DNA of 64,000 nt from Dimargaris cristalligena (taxonomy: Eukaryota): NCBI GenBank assembly GCA_003614675.1, contig ML002233.1, positions 1-64,000 of the forward strand, given 5' to 3'. The translations under genes and the position numbers were made by a program. Positions 1-12,225 of this stretch are shown here, piece by piece. Within the stretch, counting starts at the first letter, position 1; every line of letters starts with the position of its first letter. The notes below the pieces were generated by a model that searched no databases, was not told the origin of the DNA, and worked only from the letters and a program-made list of their open reading frames with translations.

Positions 1-218
1 AAATAATGAGGAGTTTACGAATATATCTGGCTGATGATGATATCAAATATAAATGTAAGTGGTATTTGATGTATCTCTCGCTTGCTATGATATTGTAAGG
101 CTATAAAATAATAAATCATGACTTCGCTGATAAAAGGATATAAAAATAGAATGTGATTGAAAAAGGGAATACTACTATTGACTAAGTAGTCTCAGGTCCT
201 ACCACAACACAATACGAT

Positions 219-293
219 GCCTTATTAGCTCAGTTGGTTTAGAGCGTCGTGCTAATAACGCGAAGGTCACAGGTTCGATCCCTGTATGAGGCA
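219..293 (+). tRNA. tRNA-Ile, anticodon AAT (IAU), intronless
   Basis: Acceptor stem GCCTTAT(219-225)/ATGAGGC(286-292), discriminator A293; D arm TAGCTCAGTTGGTTTAGAGC; anticodon arm TCGTG-CT-AAT-AA-CGCGA; T loop GGTTCGATCC. Confidence 0.97.
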
Positions 294-300
294 TTGATAA

Positions 301-305
301 TTTTT
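301..305 (+). terminator. Probable RNA polymerase III oligo-dT terminator of the tRNA
   Basis: T5 run 8 nt downstream of the tRNA 3' end. Confidence 0.6.
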
Positions 306-1083
306 GAAGATATGTTACTTACTACTGATTTTACGGTAAACCTGGCCTAGTATTTACATTTTTGGTTTTATGAGTGAAGTTCCATCCGGTGCTCAATATT
401 TTCTGTCTGAAATACGGGCTGATCGCAAATTGGGCAATCTATTACAAGAGTGGGGCAGAGATATAATAGCGATGATTGAAAGCCACCAAGGTATGCAATT
501 TCGAGTACAAAAGGAATTATGTGCGTTGTAAGGTAGTGTTAGAAAGAAGTAGTTGGGGTTAAAAATTAGGTCATGGAGCTTTCCTGTGAGGAGCGGGGGG
601 GGAGTTGGTGGAATATTGGCAAAATGATTGCGAACTTTAGTGATTACTGTCGCTTTTTATATGGCCCTAATTATGCCTAAACCTTATCCCGGTCGCCAGA
701 TCCTTCTTTCCTTTACTATTTCACCCCAGTGTTCTAGCTAAGAGAGTATCTTTGGTGCGGTCAACCCGGCGCATATAGCCACTGTTTGCCAACGAAGCTT
801 GGACTGTCACACTCAACAAAAATGCATATAGAGTGGCGTCGCTCCCAGGTGCATGGTAAGGGCACCGAAAAATCCGTAACGTTTCGGACCAGCATTCGAT
901 GGGGGTGTGCTCCTCCTGTCTTTCAGGGGGCGCAACCCTTAAACCAACCATTATTGCGGAGCTCTTGGGAAGTCTATTATTTACTTTTTTTCACATTGTT
1001 TTGGTTTCTTCCGTAGTTTATATATCTATATATATTTTCTCGAATCGCCTACCCTTGGATTCTCTGCCATTTGTCTTTCCCCC

Positions 1084-3021
1084 ATGTTCACACAAAGGAC
1101 GATTCAGACCACTTTAACGGGTCGTCCCCCACCCAATAAGAGGGGTACGGCGGCGACGACGAAAACAACGACGACGGGGGCGGGAGCTACCTCAGCTTCG
1201 TCCGCCCGACGACCGTACATCACCCAAGGACCACCCCGGTCCGCTATGGCCCCCGGCGGAAACCCCGTGCTGGCTCGTCTAGCGGCCAATCTCCCTACAG
1301 CCCAGGGTCTCCCCAAATCCACTCTCTTTCACTCAGTGTCGGGCTTAACCACCCCCGCTGGCCCCGTGAGTTCAAATCACTTTACCCAACCCAACACGGC
1401 TGGCGGTTCGGGCAAGCGTAAATTACCAACCTCATTTGGCTCCACCGATCGATCCTCCCATAACCTTACCGGCACCAGCGAGTCCGCTACTACCTTCAAG
1501 CGACACGCCAAGGCCCGCCCCAAAAATTACTCCAATGACCCTATTGTACCCCTATCGGAGGAACAGAAACGGGTGGTTGATTTGGTAGTCCAAGGGCGCA
1601 AAAATGTTTTTATTACGGGCTCTGCAGGTAAGTAGTCTTGATACTATTATCAAACATATTATGCAGGTACACCCCCCCCCTGTCCTTTTATCCAGCTTAG
1701 ATAGTCACCCCTATAAGTCAACAGTTAGTAGGACCTCCATCCGTTATTACGTATATCTCACTGGCATATTGAACAAAGCACTCACCAGAGCTATGCTCTG
1801 CCCCACATTCCATGCTGTTGTCTTGATATAGGTACGGGCAAATCGGTAGTACTTCGGGCCATTATCAAGCAGTTCCAGGCCAAGGATAAAACGGGGATCC
1901 CTCTCCAAATGTATATTACCGCACCAACGGGGATTGCCGCACTCAACATTGGTGGCACCACGATTCATAGTTTCGCCGGGATTGGTATTGCCAAGGCCGC
2001 TGCCCCCGAGCTGGTCCGACGGATTATGAAAAACCGCAATGCCTTCGAACGGTGGCTGGACTGCGAGGTACTGATCATTGACGAAGTCTCCATGCTGGAC
2101 GGCGATTTGTTCGATAAACTGGAACAAATCGCCCGGCAGATCCGGGGGAATATCCAGCCCTTTGGAGGGATCCAGCTGATCATCACTGGCGACTTTTACC
2201 AGCTGCCCCCCGTCGAACGCGAACGGGACACGGCTAAATTTGCCTTCGAGGCGGCCTCGTGGAAATCGTGCATCAGCGAAACGGTCCAGCTCCAACGGGT
2301 ATTCCGGCAGAAGGATAACCGGCTGATTGATATGCTCAACCAAATCCGGATCGGGGCCATCTCGGCGGACACCCAGGCCATGTTCCAGTCGCTCTCCCGC
2401 GCCCCCCAATACCCCGCGGACGGGATTAAGCCGACCGAACTGTACGCCCGAGTAAACGACGTGGACCAGGCCAATGTGCGTCGACTGGCGCAATTGCCGG
2501 GTAAGGCCGTCGTGTTCCATGCCAGCGATACCCAAGGGTTATCCGACGAGACGGCCAAACGCCTCAACAGTATGTCATCGGCCCCCAGTCAGCTTACCCT
2601 CAAGGTCGACGCCCAGGTCATGCTTATTAAGAACATGCCCGAGGAGGGACTAGTCAACGGGAGTTTAGGCGTGATTATCGAGTTCAAGGCCGAAGAGCAG
2701 GAAGTTCACCCGGTGGTCCGGTTCACCAATGGGCATGTGATTACTATCCAACCCGAAGTGTGGGAGTATGAACTCGACCGGCGCATGCTCAAACGCAAAC
2801 AGATTCCTCTGCGGCTGTCCTGGGCCATGTCCATCCACAAGAGTCAGGGCCAGACAATCGACCGGGTGCTGGTGAACCTCGACCGTATTTTCGAAAAAGG
2901 GCAGGCGTACGTGGCGCTAAGTCGGGCCACTGGCTTGGAGAGTCTCCAGGTGCTGGGATTCCAGGCGCATCGGGTGATGGCCCACCCCAAAGTGGTGGAT
3001 TACTACTCTAAACTTCAGTGA
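1084..3021 (+). CDS. PIF1: PIF1-family 5'-3' ATP-dependent DNA helicase (~577 aa)
   Basis: Exons 1084-1627 and 1832-3021, intron GTAAGT...ATAG. Splicing rebuilds Walker A GSAGTGKS. Also TAPTGIAA, LIIDEVSML, GDFYQLPPV, VFRQ, LSWAMSIHKSQGQT and GQAYVALSRA motifs. Confidence 0.95.
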
Positions 3022-3509
3022 GCGGCCACCTGGACGGGGCTCTGAATGACATACCTCCGATGTTCAGCCATTTTTTTTATACATATATATAAATATATTA
3101 AAAAAATGGCGGTTCAATGTCAACCAGAAGGAGTATACGATAATTTTAAGGATTTATTAGTAGGTATGTTTTTGGTGATAAATGAATAAGTATGAGTTGG
3201 GTTAGGGGGATTGGTGTGGAAATGCAAACCCCCTAAAAATCATGGGTATGGTGGAATGTTGGCGATACAAATGGGGTACAACGGTATGATTTGCTGCTCG
3301 CGGGGAAGGCAGTGTGGTGGGGTTGGGGTATTATACATGGCCGTATTTGATATCTATTATGGCAGCGGCCAGAGTAGTTCGAATCGTGTGAGCATGGCGA
3401 TAACTTCAAAGTGGGTGGTGTGATCGAGTGAATGTGAGCAGGCGGTTTAAACCATCGGGACAGTATGCGCCAACTTTTTACGCTAGGCAGCCAGCTCCAT
3501 CAATATAAA

Positions 3510-5342
3510 TTACATAATGAACTGTTGGTTCATATCCATTTGCCGACCGGTACTGAGCTGGGGTATCTGGGAGTACTGCCCGGCCAGATTCCGTCGAATT
3601 CCCTGCAGGACCTGGATATACGTCTGGCGCGGATTATTACGCAGTACCGAGATGAGGGCATGCGACATGGCGCCGGTATTCCCGATGGCATACGCGTAAG
3701 TATCCGCGGACGTTTGGGTATCATCGCAACCACTGAACATAATCACATCCCCCAAACTACACTTGAGCTGTTCCTGGCGGCGCTGAATTTTCGGGCCGGC
3801 CACGAGCGCCTTGAGGCCGGAGAACACGGACCGACCCGCGGAGAGTAAATCCCCCGACAGATACGAAGCGCCCGCTTTAGTGAGCGACTGGGTAGCCACT
3901 TCCGCAAATTGGTTCTGGACCAGTCGACCGTGGTGGTCATAGACAAACGGTAAGTCCAAGGCGGTACCGGAATGGCACGAATCAAATACCGTCGTCAGAC
4001 GGGCGCCCTGGGGTAAAGGGCGGACCATGATGGTGTTCATGTCGTCATCAATGATTTGGCCCGCCGTGCGGTAATCCATGGGTAAAATGGTTTCGTCGAG
4101 ACCATCGATTTCGTCCCCGGAGGTGTCAATGACTTGACTGCCGTGGCCGCTGAAATGGAAAAAGAAGGAGTCGTTGGGACGCGCGTTGGCCACTAGCCAG
4201 TGCATGGCCCGAATTATATTGGCCCGGGTCGGTTGTGAACGGGGGTTGGGGTTGTCGTCGGTGAGGATGACCATATCGCACTCGCGGAAGTTGAACAGGT
4301 CGGTGATTAATCGCTTCATATTATGAACATCGTTTATACAGCCTAGACCGAAGGGAAGGTATCGATTTTTTAAGATATAAATATATGTGTGTGTGTGTGT
4401 GTGAGTGGATCAGTTGGCTAATTATTGACCAAGGTGTAGTCCTAGAGACCCCACGTTATCAGCCATCTAATCTAAGTGGGAGAATCTTTTAGACAGTGGG
4501 ACGATTTCCAGTCCCGATTCGGAGATTTATGCCTCTCAGACCATCAGGGGCTAAAACATTATCTTAGCTGGGGAGTTTGGACTATACCAGTGGATCAACA
4601 ATAGGGGTGGGTAGTGGGAGGGGAGAAAGGGAGTATGCAGAAGCAGTCACTCGACAATAAACCTAATTATTGAGCAGAGACGGCCACGCCAGTTCCCGTT
4701 CGGTTATGCACCATTTTTACTTGGCGCCAAGGCCCACATGTATGAGATGCACGAGATAAACTCGGGAGATGACTAATAATAGACCCCGAACACCCCAACC
4801 GAGCCAGTTGAACCTGGGCAAAGCGGAGGCACCTCCCTATACTATTACTTATGCTTACCTTTGAGCATCCGGGGATGGCCGAAGTAGTTGATACCGATAA
4901 GCAGGGCCCGTTTCCGGCCGGTGCACTGGGAAAGCTGAACGTGTTGGCCGGGGTGCTGGACTCCGCCCCATTGGGCATTGCCACCGGGGAAGAGAAGTGG
5001 GCTGGAGTTGCTCATGGGGGCGGTACCGTACCTAAGCGGAAGCGGGGGTGGTGGTGGTGGTCCTTGTTGGTAGTGGTAGTTTTGGGAGGGAGTGGGCATG
5101 GGCATGGTGGCACTGGACTGTAATCGCGGGGGGTAAGCTGGTCCAGTAGGTGTGTGAAAGGTATTCATCGGCGGTGGGGGGTAGCCTCCATTTCCGGTGG
5201 GAGTGGGCATGACAAACCCCATGGGCCCAGTGGCCTGGTAAGTGGGAGGCGGCTGGGCGCCATACGGGCTAGGGGGGTAGTTGTTGTCCTCCGGCCTATT
5301 CGGACGTGGCTGGTAGTTCCGGTAGAATTGGCCAGGGTACAT
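3510..5342 (-). CDS. MCA1: Type I metacaspase (caspase-like C14 peptidase, ~438 aa)
   Basis: Exons 5342-4859 and 4342-3510, intron GTAAGC...CTAG. The junction gives KRALLIGINY...LKGCINDV. Catalytic dyad motifs FHFSGHG and DSCHSGT; P/Q/Y/N-rich prodomain. Confidence 0.95.
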
Positions 5343-6044
5343 GGCAAGCACTAGCAATAAATCAGATAGAGAGTCTCGGTAGTGATAAGGTGGCGAACGA
5401 GAAAATATGATTCGCGTGGTTGATGAGGATATTCAGCGTATATCAAAGGAAAATAAGGTAGAAGACCCAACGGGGCTGTCAACACCAATAAATATGTCAG
5501 ATGGATGATGATACCAGCACAATATAACAGGAGTGAGGTTGTGTGTACAGCCAGAAGAAGGACTCGTTGAGAGTTTAATCGGAAAGGTAGTTTTTTTTCG
5601 GCCAATGAGGGTAGAAATTAATTGTTGATTTTTTGACAAAAAGTGATATATATATAAAACACAATAACCCTTGGTCGAAATAAGGAAAAGGGATAAAACG
5701 CGACGAGGTAGATTCATTCCAACGGGCACGGGCTTGTTTATAAATACATTGTTCGTGGGTCGAGAGGAGGCAATATAAAAGCAGGGGGCTCAATGAATTG
5801 GGTTATGTAAGATTTCTTTGTCTTGGGGTCATATGGGCAACGCCTCAATAAAAAGCCGAAGTAAAAGGCCCTTGTTGGGTTTCTTGGCTTACCAACCGGG
5901 AAGTCACACAGACAGACTGTGCCCAACGTCCAGGGGATTATTGGACATCAATAAGTTTGGGACTGATGGTGCGACCCCTTTAGTCCAAGTGTGCCCGAAA
6001 CCCATTATACTGGATGCAGTCATAAGAGGGCAATCATTTCTCCA

Positions 6045-6073
6045 CACACACACACACTCTCTCTCTCTCTCTC
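6045..6073. repeat. Compound (AC)n(TC)n microsatellite
   Basis: acacacacacacactctctctctctctc; a near-identical compound repeat occurs at about 34597-34625. Confidence 0.85.
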
Positions 6074-7168
6074 CACGTGCCCAGGGATTCACGGCCAGTA
6101 CATGTCAGGCGGGGGCATATTCCCTTACGAGGGACTCCATAGCCCGATGATACTCGCTGCGGCGACCTACCATCGATTGTACATAGGGGCGTTATAATTA
6201 TTGGCAATATGAGTCAGATCCCATCCTGACGCTACCATTTGCTTACGAATCTGCACCAAGTAAACCATCGTCCGTGGGCATAACCATAGACAACTCTTTA
6301 CTGAGCATAATCAACCCCAAACGACTGACATGGCTAGGAGGAAGGGAATGTGTAAATATCCGGAATGTCGGGGGCTGTTTATGGGTGTAAGTCCTTTCCG
6401 CCCACCTTCAATCACCCTCCCGGATAGTTCGATATAGCAGTAGAACAACCATCACCCAGCCTAAAACACGGTGCCAAAGCTATACCTAGCCTAGTTTGGG
6501 TAGATTGGTCCCTGTTGTGGACGTCATCAGGCGAAGTCGAAACTATCTGAAAGGTGGGCCGCACCTCGTCGTGGTAAAAAAAGGCGTGTGTATCCGGCGA
6601 GAGCCCCTTTTTCGTCCCACCTTTTAAACACAGCGGGCTCTCATCGGGTACAACCGAACCGACCTCGTACTTGAGGTCACTGGCTGGCCTCAATAAAAGC
6701 CAATTGGAAACAAGTGCGGATACAATAGGGGAGTGGTGGTTAATATGGCCGCCAGTCCCACTTTCCCAATGCGTATACATTGCTAAAAGGCCTGGAATTA
6801 ATTTCCCTTACCCACTGGCAGGAATGCTTCGCGGATCTGGGCCTGGGAACGAGCTACTATCGCAAGACTCGCAGTAGGTTAAGCGGATTAAGTATGAGGG
6901 TATTGTGGGCCTATAGTGACCCGGTCCCCTAGGGGAAAGCCATTAATAATGACTCAAGTCCATCGGATCCTGAAACCCCTTATTGCTAGAGTTGAGTGCG
7001 GGGATTGTCTGAAACCCCATTCCCCCTGTGTAGTCTCAATTGTAATCAAATGTGTATATATATAGGGTTTGCGCTAGGCCAGCCACTACCTCTGTGACTT
7101 GACCTCTTTCCACAGCTCTATTCGCTCTATATTGGCTACATAACCGTAGCCTACTTGACCTTTAGCCC

Positions 7169-8535
7169 ATGCCTCGGCTACCTATTTATACCGTCGATGC
7201 CTTCACGCTGGGCCAGCAGCACTTTACCGGCAACCCAGCTGCCGTCTGTCTGATCCCCGCCCACCAGGGTTTAGACGACCCCACCCTGCAGCGTATTGCC
7301 GCCGAAATGAACCTATCCGAGACCGCCTACGTCCAACCCATCCTTCCCTCTGACTGGCCTACCGCCGACCGAAGTAATGGTGGTGACCCGACCGCGTTTC
7401 AAGAGCTGACCGACTTTCACTTGCGCTGGTTCACCCCGGATATTGAAGTGCCCCTGTGTGGACATGCCACGCTAGCCTCCGCCCATGTTCTGATGCGTGA
7501 ACTAGGCAATACCGCCCCCGCCATCCAGTTCCACACCAAAAGCGGTATCCTAAGGGTGACCAAGGAAAGTATCCCCGAGGGCGACTGTCTTAACATGATG
7601 CTGCCGCTGAACCCGGCCTTCCCGCTGGGCACGAACCCCGCCGAGGCCCCTGCCCAACTGATGACCAAGAAAAGAGCTGAGGGCGAAGAAGCGCAACTTC
7701 CCGTTTTTTCGTCCGAATGGACCTCCAAGACCCAGCAAATTGTGGACAGTCTCTTCGACCCTGAAAATGGAACCCCGAATGTGGTGGCGGTGGGGTTCTC
7801 GCCTACCATTCAGTATTTAATGATTCACATTGAAGGGGGCCCCAGCGTTCTACGGAAACTAAAGCCTGTCTTCACGCCCAGTCTCTTGGCCCTTGGTCAC
7901 GAGTGCAGCTACACGGGAATTATTGTCGTCACCACAGGCGATGGAGGTGATTTGGATGGGGCGGCGCGGTTCTTTGCCCCCTGGGTTGGCGTGAACGAAG
8001 ACCCGGTAAGTAATCTCGACATGTTAGTGTGCGTCGGTTGGTTGAAATGAGCTGTTTTGTATTGAAGGGGAGGGTATATACAGAATTAGGGTGGTCGAGC
8101 CTTCAGAATCATGATAGTTTCATAGTAATACTATTTGCGTGGATTTGTAGTAATGGCCAAGACTAATGAATAAGGGGGGAATGAGTTCTACCGATATCAA
8201 AGGGAGCGTTCCCTTGAAAACGGAAAATAATCAATTTGATTCTTATATATACTATATCGACATTTATTTCACTATTGTATTATACTTGATTTCCATTGTT
8301 TACTATCCTATGGACCTTCAACACGGCATTTATCGGCCACTACCAGGTTACTGGCTCCGCGTACACTGTGGTCGCCCCGTACTGGCAGAAATTGACCAAA
8401 AAGCCCACCGCTACCTTTATTCAAGGCGGCAACCGTCAAGGCAAGGCCCGTACGTTTCTGTGTCCTGAATTCGAAGGCTATGTGCAAGTATCAGGCTCGG
8501 GAGTCACTTTTTTGTCGGGCACGTTCCACTATTAA
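7169..8535 (+). CDS. PhzF/PBLD-family (diaminopimelate-epimerase-like fold) isomerase (~341 aa)
   Basis: Exons 7169-8005 and 8347-8535. Motifs VDAFT..FTGNPAAVC, IAAEMNLSETAY, LRWFTP..EVPLCGHATLA; the spliced junction restores RFFAPWVGVNEDP|VTGSA. Confidence 0.92.
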
Positions 8536-9207
8536 AAGCCCCCCTTTTTAAAAAAATATACAGTATAAGAGGGGCTTTATAATATAGAGATATACTGTAT
8601 ACCAAACTATAAAGGGTATCGATATTACAATAAAGACCACTGAGAGAAGAACGGAACGCATAGCCCATACATCGTGGATAACAATCATCAGTACAATAAC
8701 TAGTCCAATTGTGCAAAGAGTATTTCAGAGCTTAGTTTTCTATTACTGTCCCCACCTATTAGTAAATACTGGCAAACCCGCGTCCTCCCGTTATAACCTA
8801 AATTAACGACAGTCTGCTATAGCTATGCCCTTTCGAAACAGGGCTGCAGATGAGTGTAGGTGTATGGGAGAGTTCACTGGACGGAAGTGTCGCACAGGTT
8901 TTATGTTGAAAAGTCGCCTGGGGTATAGCAACCTTGCCCACCGGCTTAGCTGCAATGAAGACATGGCCAGGGTTTGCCAGATTTAGCATACATGCTTCCC
9001 GTTCATGTTTAAATAACTTCATTGTCCATCCCCACTTTTTCGCAGTCTAATTTCGAACCCCATGGGCCTCTAGGACATTGCGCGCCTCTTCCTCCCCTTA
9101 AAATTCACCTATAGTATAACCCATTTTATTAATTTTTTTCCACCAGCCCGTTTCGCAGATCTTCCTACCCCAACTGTTTTATACGCGCAGTTGCGAACGA
9201 GTTCAGA

Positions 9208-10750
9208 ATGAGTACCCTTACCAATGTTGAGAAGGAGTTCCTGAACCTGGCCCGCCAGCACCCCCAGGTAAGCCCCCCCCACCTCTCCTTACACAAAATG
9301 AGCTGACTCCTTTCCTCGACCGCCGATTAGACTCGAAAAGGTCTGTTAAAACCCCAAAGACCCGGCTCACCTGGCGCCTGGTATTAGGCCAAGTTGATCC
9401 ACCCACACACCTGCGCCTAGCATGTGCTCTATAACTAACCATACTTTGATGATGCACGGGTGTGTCCATTCATATCCACCCTGAATTCCGACGACATTTT
9501 ATTTATATATATATTAGGGAGTCGACGATGAAATGGCCAGAATGAACTTGCCGAATCTGTCAATCGAAGAGCTCTCCGAGGCTATCAATACGTTGTCCCA
9601 GAAATCGCTTCTCCTTATTCTACGCCAGGGCAATGGCTATCTTTACAAGGCTAAATCGGATTCCGAAGCCGAAAGGTACGTTTCCATTTATAAACATCAT
9701 ATAAAACCCCATACTCACACCCATTTCTAATGATGAGTTGGGTGGATTTCCATTCAAGCAGCCGGACATGATTCTCAAAAAAAAACAGGTTTTTAACCAC
9801 TATTCGTCTTGTAATTATTTTTTGTATGCCCCCACTCCCTCCTTTTTCCTAGACTGGCGGGCATGGACAATGACGAGCGGCTGATCTACCAGCATATTGA
9901 GGCCGGAGACAACGAGGGGGTCTGGCTTAAACGACTACGCACCAAAGTAGGTCTACCCAACGTTGTAGTGACACGCTGTATTAAGAAACTGGAACAGAAG
10001 ATGCTTATTAAGCCCGTCTCTTCCGTCAAGAACCCCACCATGAAAATTTATATGCTGTACCACTTGACCCCTTCCGAAGAACTCACCGGAGGTGCCTGGT
10101 ATACCGACCAGGAACTGGATGTGGACTTTATCAATACGCTTGCCAGCCAGTGTTACAAATACATTCTATCTCGGGTAAGCTTTATATGTATATTAATCTA
10201 GTAATTCGGCCATCAAGCGACTGCCTCGTGTTCCTAATATATATATATATATATATACTAACACGGATTTCCTGTATGTGATACCCCAATCGACCCATTA
10301 ACCCAGAGCTTTCCGTCGGCCAAGCCTGGTGCAGTATATGGCCCCACATATACGTTTTACCCCACTGCAGCCCAGGTCCGCCGCTTTATTATCGAAATGG
10401 CCATTAGTACGGTCGATCTATCCGTCAATGATGTACAGACCCTACTAAACATTCTGGTCTATGATGGTAAAATCGAAAAGCGCCTAGCCGCTGCCGAATC
10501 CATGGGCATGGATATGGATAGTGATGGCGATGACGACGGTCGTAATAGGGGACGCGGAGGAAGAGCCGGTCAGCGGGGTGCTGCTAAGAAGCAACCCGAG
10601 TACATGTACAAGGCGGTGCGTTCCAAGAATCAAGGCAGCGCCCTCGTCGATGTGCCCTGTGGTAATTGTCCGGTGTTTAACCAGTGCTGCATCGATGGTG
10701 TTGTCAGCCCCGTGGGGTGTGTATATTTTAAGAATTGGCTTGATTTTTAA
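9208..10750 (+). CDS. RPC34: RNA polymerase III subunit RPC6/C34 (~327 aa)
   Basis: Exons 9208-9267, 9518-9675, 9853-10174, 10307-10750, all GT-AG and in frame. Motifs IYQHIEAGDNEGVW, KIYMLYHLTPSEELTGGAWYTDQELD, LVYDGKIE; C-terminal PCGNCPVFNQC...SPVGCVYFKNWLDF. Confidence 0.93.
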
Positions 10751-12225
10751 TGGCTTCGACTTGGATAAATATAGGGCCATCTAGAGTCACGTGCTTGCCA
10801 ATGCAACTAATCACCGATACGCCGAGATTTAACTACATATGTATGAAAACATCCCTTTTAAAAGTTGGTATTACCCGAACAAATGATGAGCGGTTTACTC
10901 GAAAGCATTATGTTTTTTGGCTTTTTTTTTTGATCTACAAACTGTAGTTAAATAATCAATAGTAGGGACGGTGGGGACGGTGGACCATTAAGAAGGGATG
11001 CTGAGGAGGCCTGGGCGGCTACGCTAATATTTCAGAAAATATATATGGGCCGGTTGGTGGATATTACTGGGAAAAGGCCACTTGGGTTAATGTGGTAGCG
11101 ATAAAGGGATGCGTCATGGTGCCGATCCTCGTGACTATAGTAACATTGCCAAATAATTCAGGGCTTATTTTAACAGTAATGAAGGTAATAGGAATTGGAA
11201 AATATACCTGGCAACAGGCAATTCCAAACCTAGTCTTGTGCCTTGTTTGTTTTCGGTCTTTGGTCGGCAGTGTTTCCCGATTCCTAACCACTGTATTCAT
11301 CGATGGCTGAATCAACCAGGCGCCACGAAATAAAACTTATATTTTTTTTGCCCTCGATTTACTTACTTCCGCCAATTCTCCGAGGCATAAGTATGCAAGT
11401 CCCTGCGATTCTGCTCATTGTCATGACTGATTACTCCATGCATTCCACTTTCATAGTCGTTTGCTTTGCCGCCCTGTAGAACCTACTTCCCCGGATTTAG
11501 CCTCTTCCCATGAACATTTCCCAATCCACCCCGGGAGGAGGTTTTTCCTTCTGCAGGGTTTGGAATAAGGAGAGGGGATATAGCAAACCGAGGGCCACCT
11601 ATTCTATTCCAGCTATAAAAATACAAGAAAACAGCACGGGCATTCCAGAAACCCCTTTATTTACGTCAAACGGCTTATAGTAGTTTGAATCATACGGGAT
11701 TCAATCCTCTGACCCCACCAAGGCGGCTTATTCGAGGCACTGGCCGTAGCAAACTAAACTAAAACAGTTCGCCAAACAGTTGGTTTCACTTGACCTGCGA
11801 ACCCCAACTAAAAAAAATTGGACAATATTGCTAAGCTCGTGGGATAACACAGCGGCAACCCGTGCAATCAATAGATCTATGGGGAATCCCACGCCCAGCC
11901 CTGGTGATCCGAAAACCCTTCTTTTGATTTGGCCCTAGTGTATAAGCCCTTCCAATCCGATGGTCAGTCAAGAATACATATATATATATATCTATACATC
12001 AAAAAAACCTCGCCAATCCCGCCTTAAATACCATAGACGCGACTTCGCGCGTTCAGCCAAAGAAGATCCAAATCATTCCAAACGGCATGTTTTTTCTATT
12101 CCTATACTCTATTCCTACATTCCCCTCCCATACTCCTCTACTAGTGTGTTCCCCCAATCATTATCACTAGTACTACTGTCCCTACTTACGGATACGGTCA
12201 CTCTTCAGCGTTCCACCATTCGGAT

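Noticed and set aside
1747..2567. Long antisense ORFs over PIF1 (similar ones lie over RSP5, MRPL7 and the F-box genes)
   Set aside because: Expected by-product of GC3-rich codon usage on the coding strand; no recognisable motifs.
6110..6295. Possible snR30/U17 m1 (ATATTCC) and m2 (AAACCAT) motifs
   Set aside because: m1 is imperfect and the spacing of m2 to an ACA box does not fit the family.
6505..6535. Hammerhead-ribozyme-like CTGATGA...GTCC/GGAC on the minus strand
   Set aside because: There is an extra base before stem II, and the required GAAA after it reads CAAT, so the catalytic core is incomplete.
9446..9484. TGATGA and CTGA boxes in RPC34 intron 1 suggesting a C/D snoRNA
   Set aside because: Only about 40 nt from C to D box, too short, with no terminal stem or evident guide.
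219..10750. Functional linkage between the tRNA gene and the Pol III subunit RPC34
   Set aside because: They are ~9 kb and three genes apart; tRNA genes are dispersed, so proximity is uninformative.
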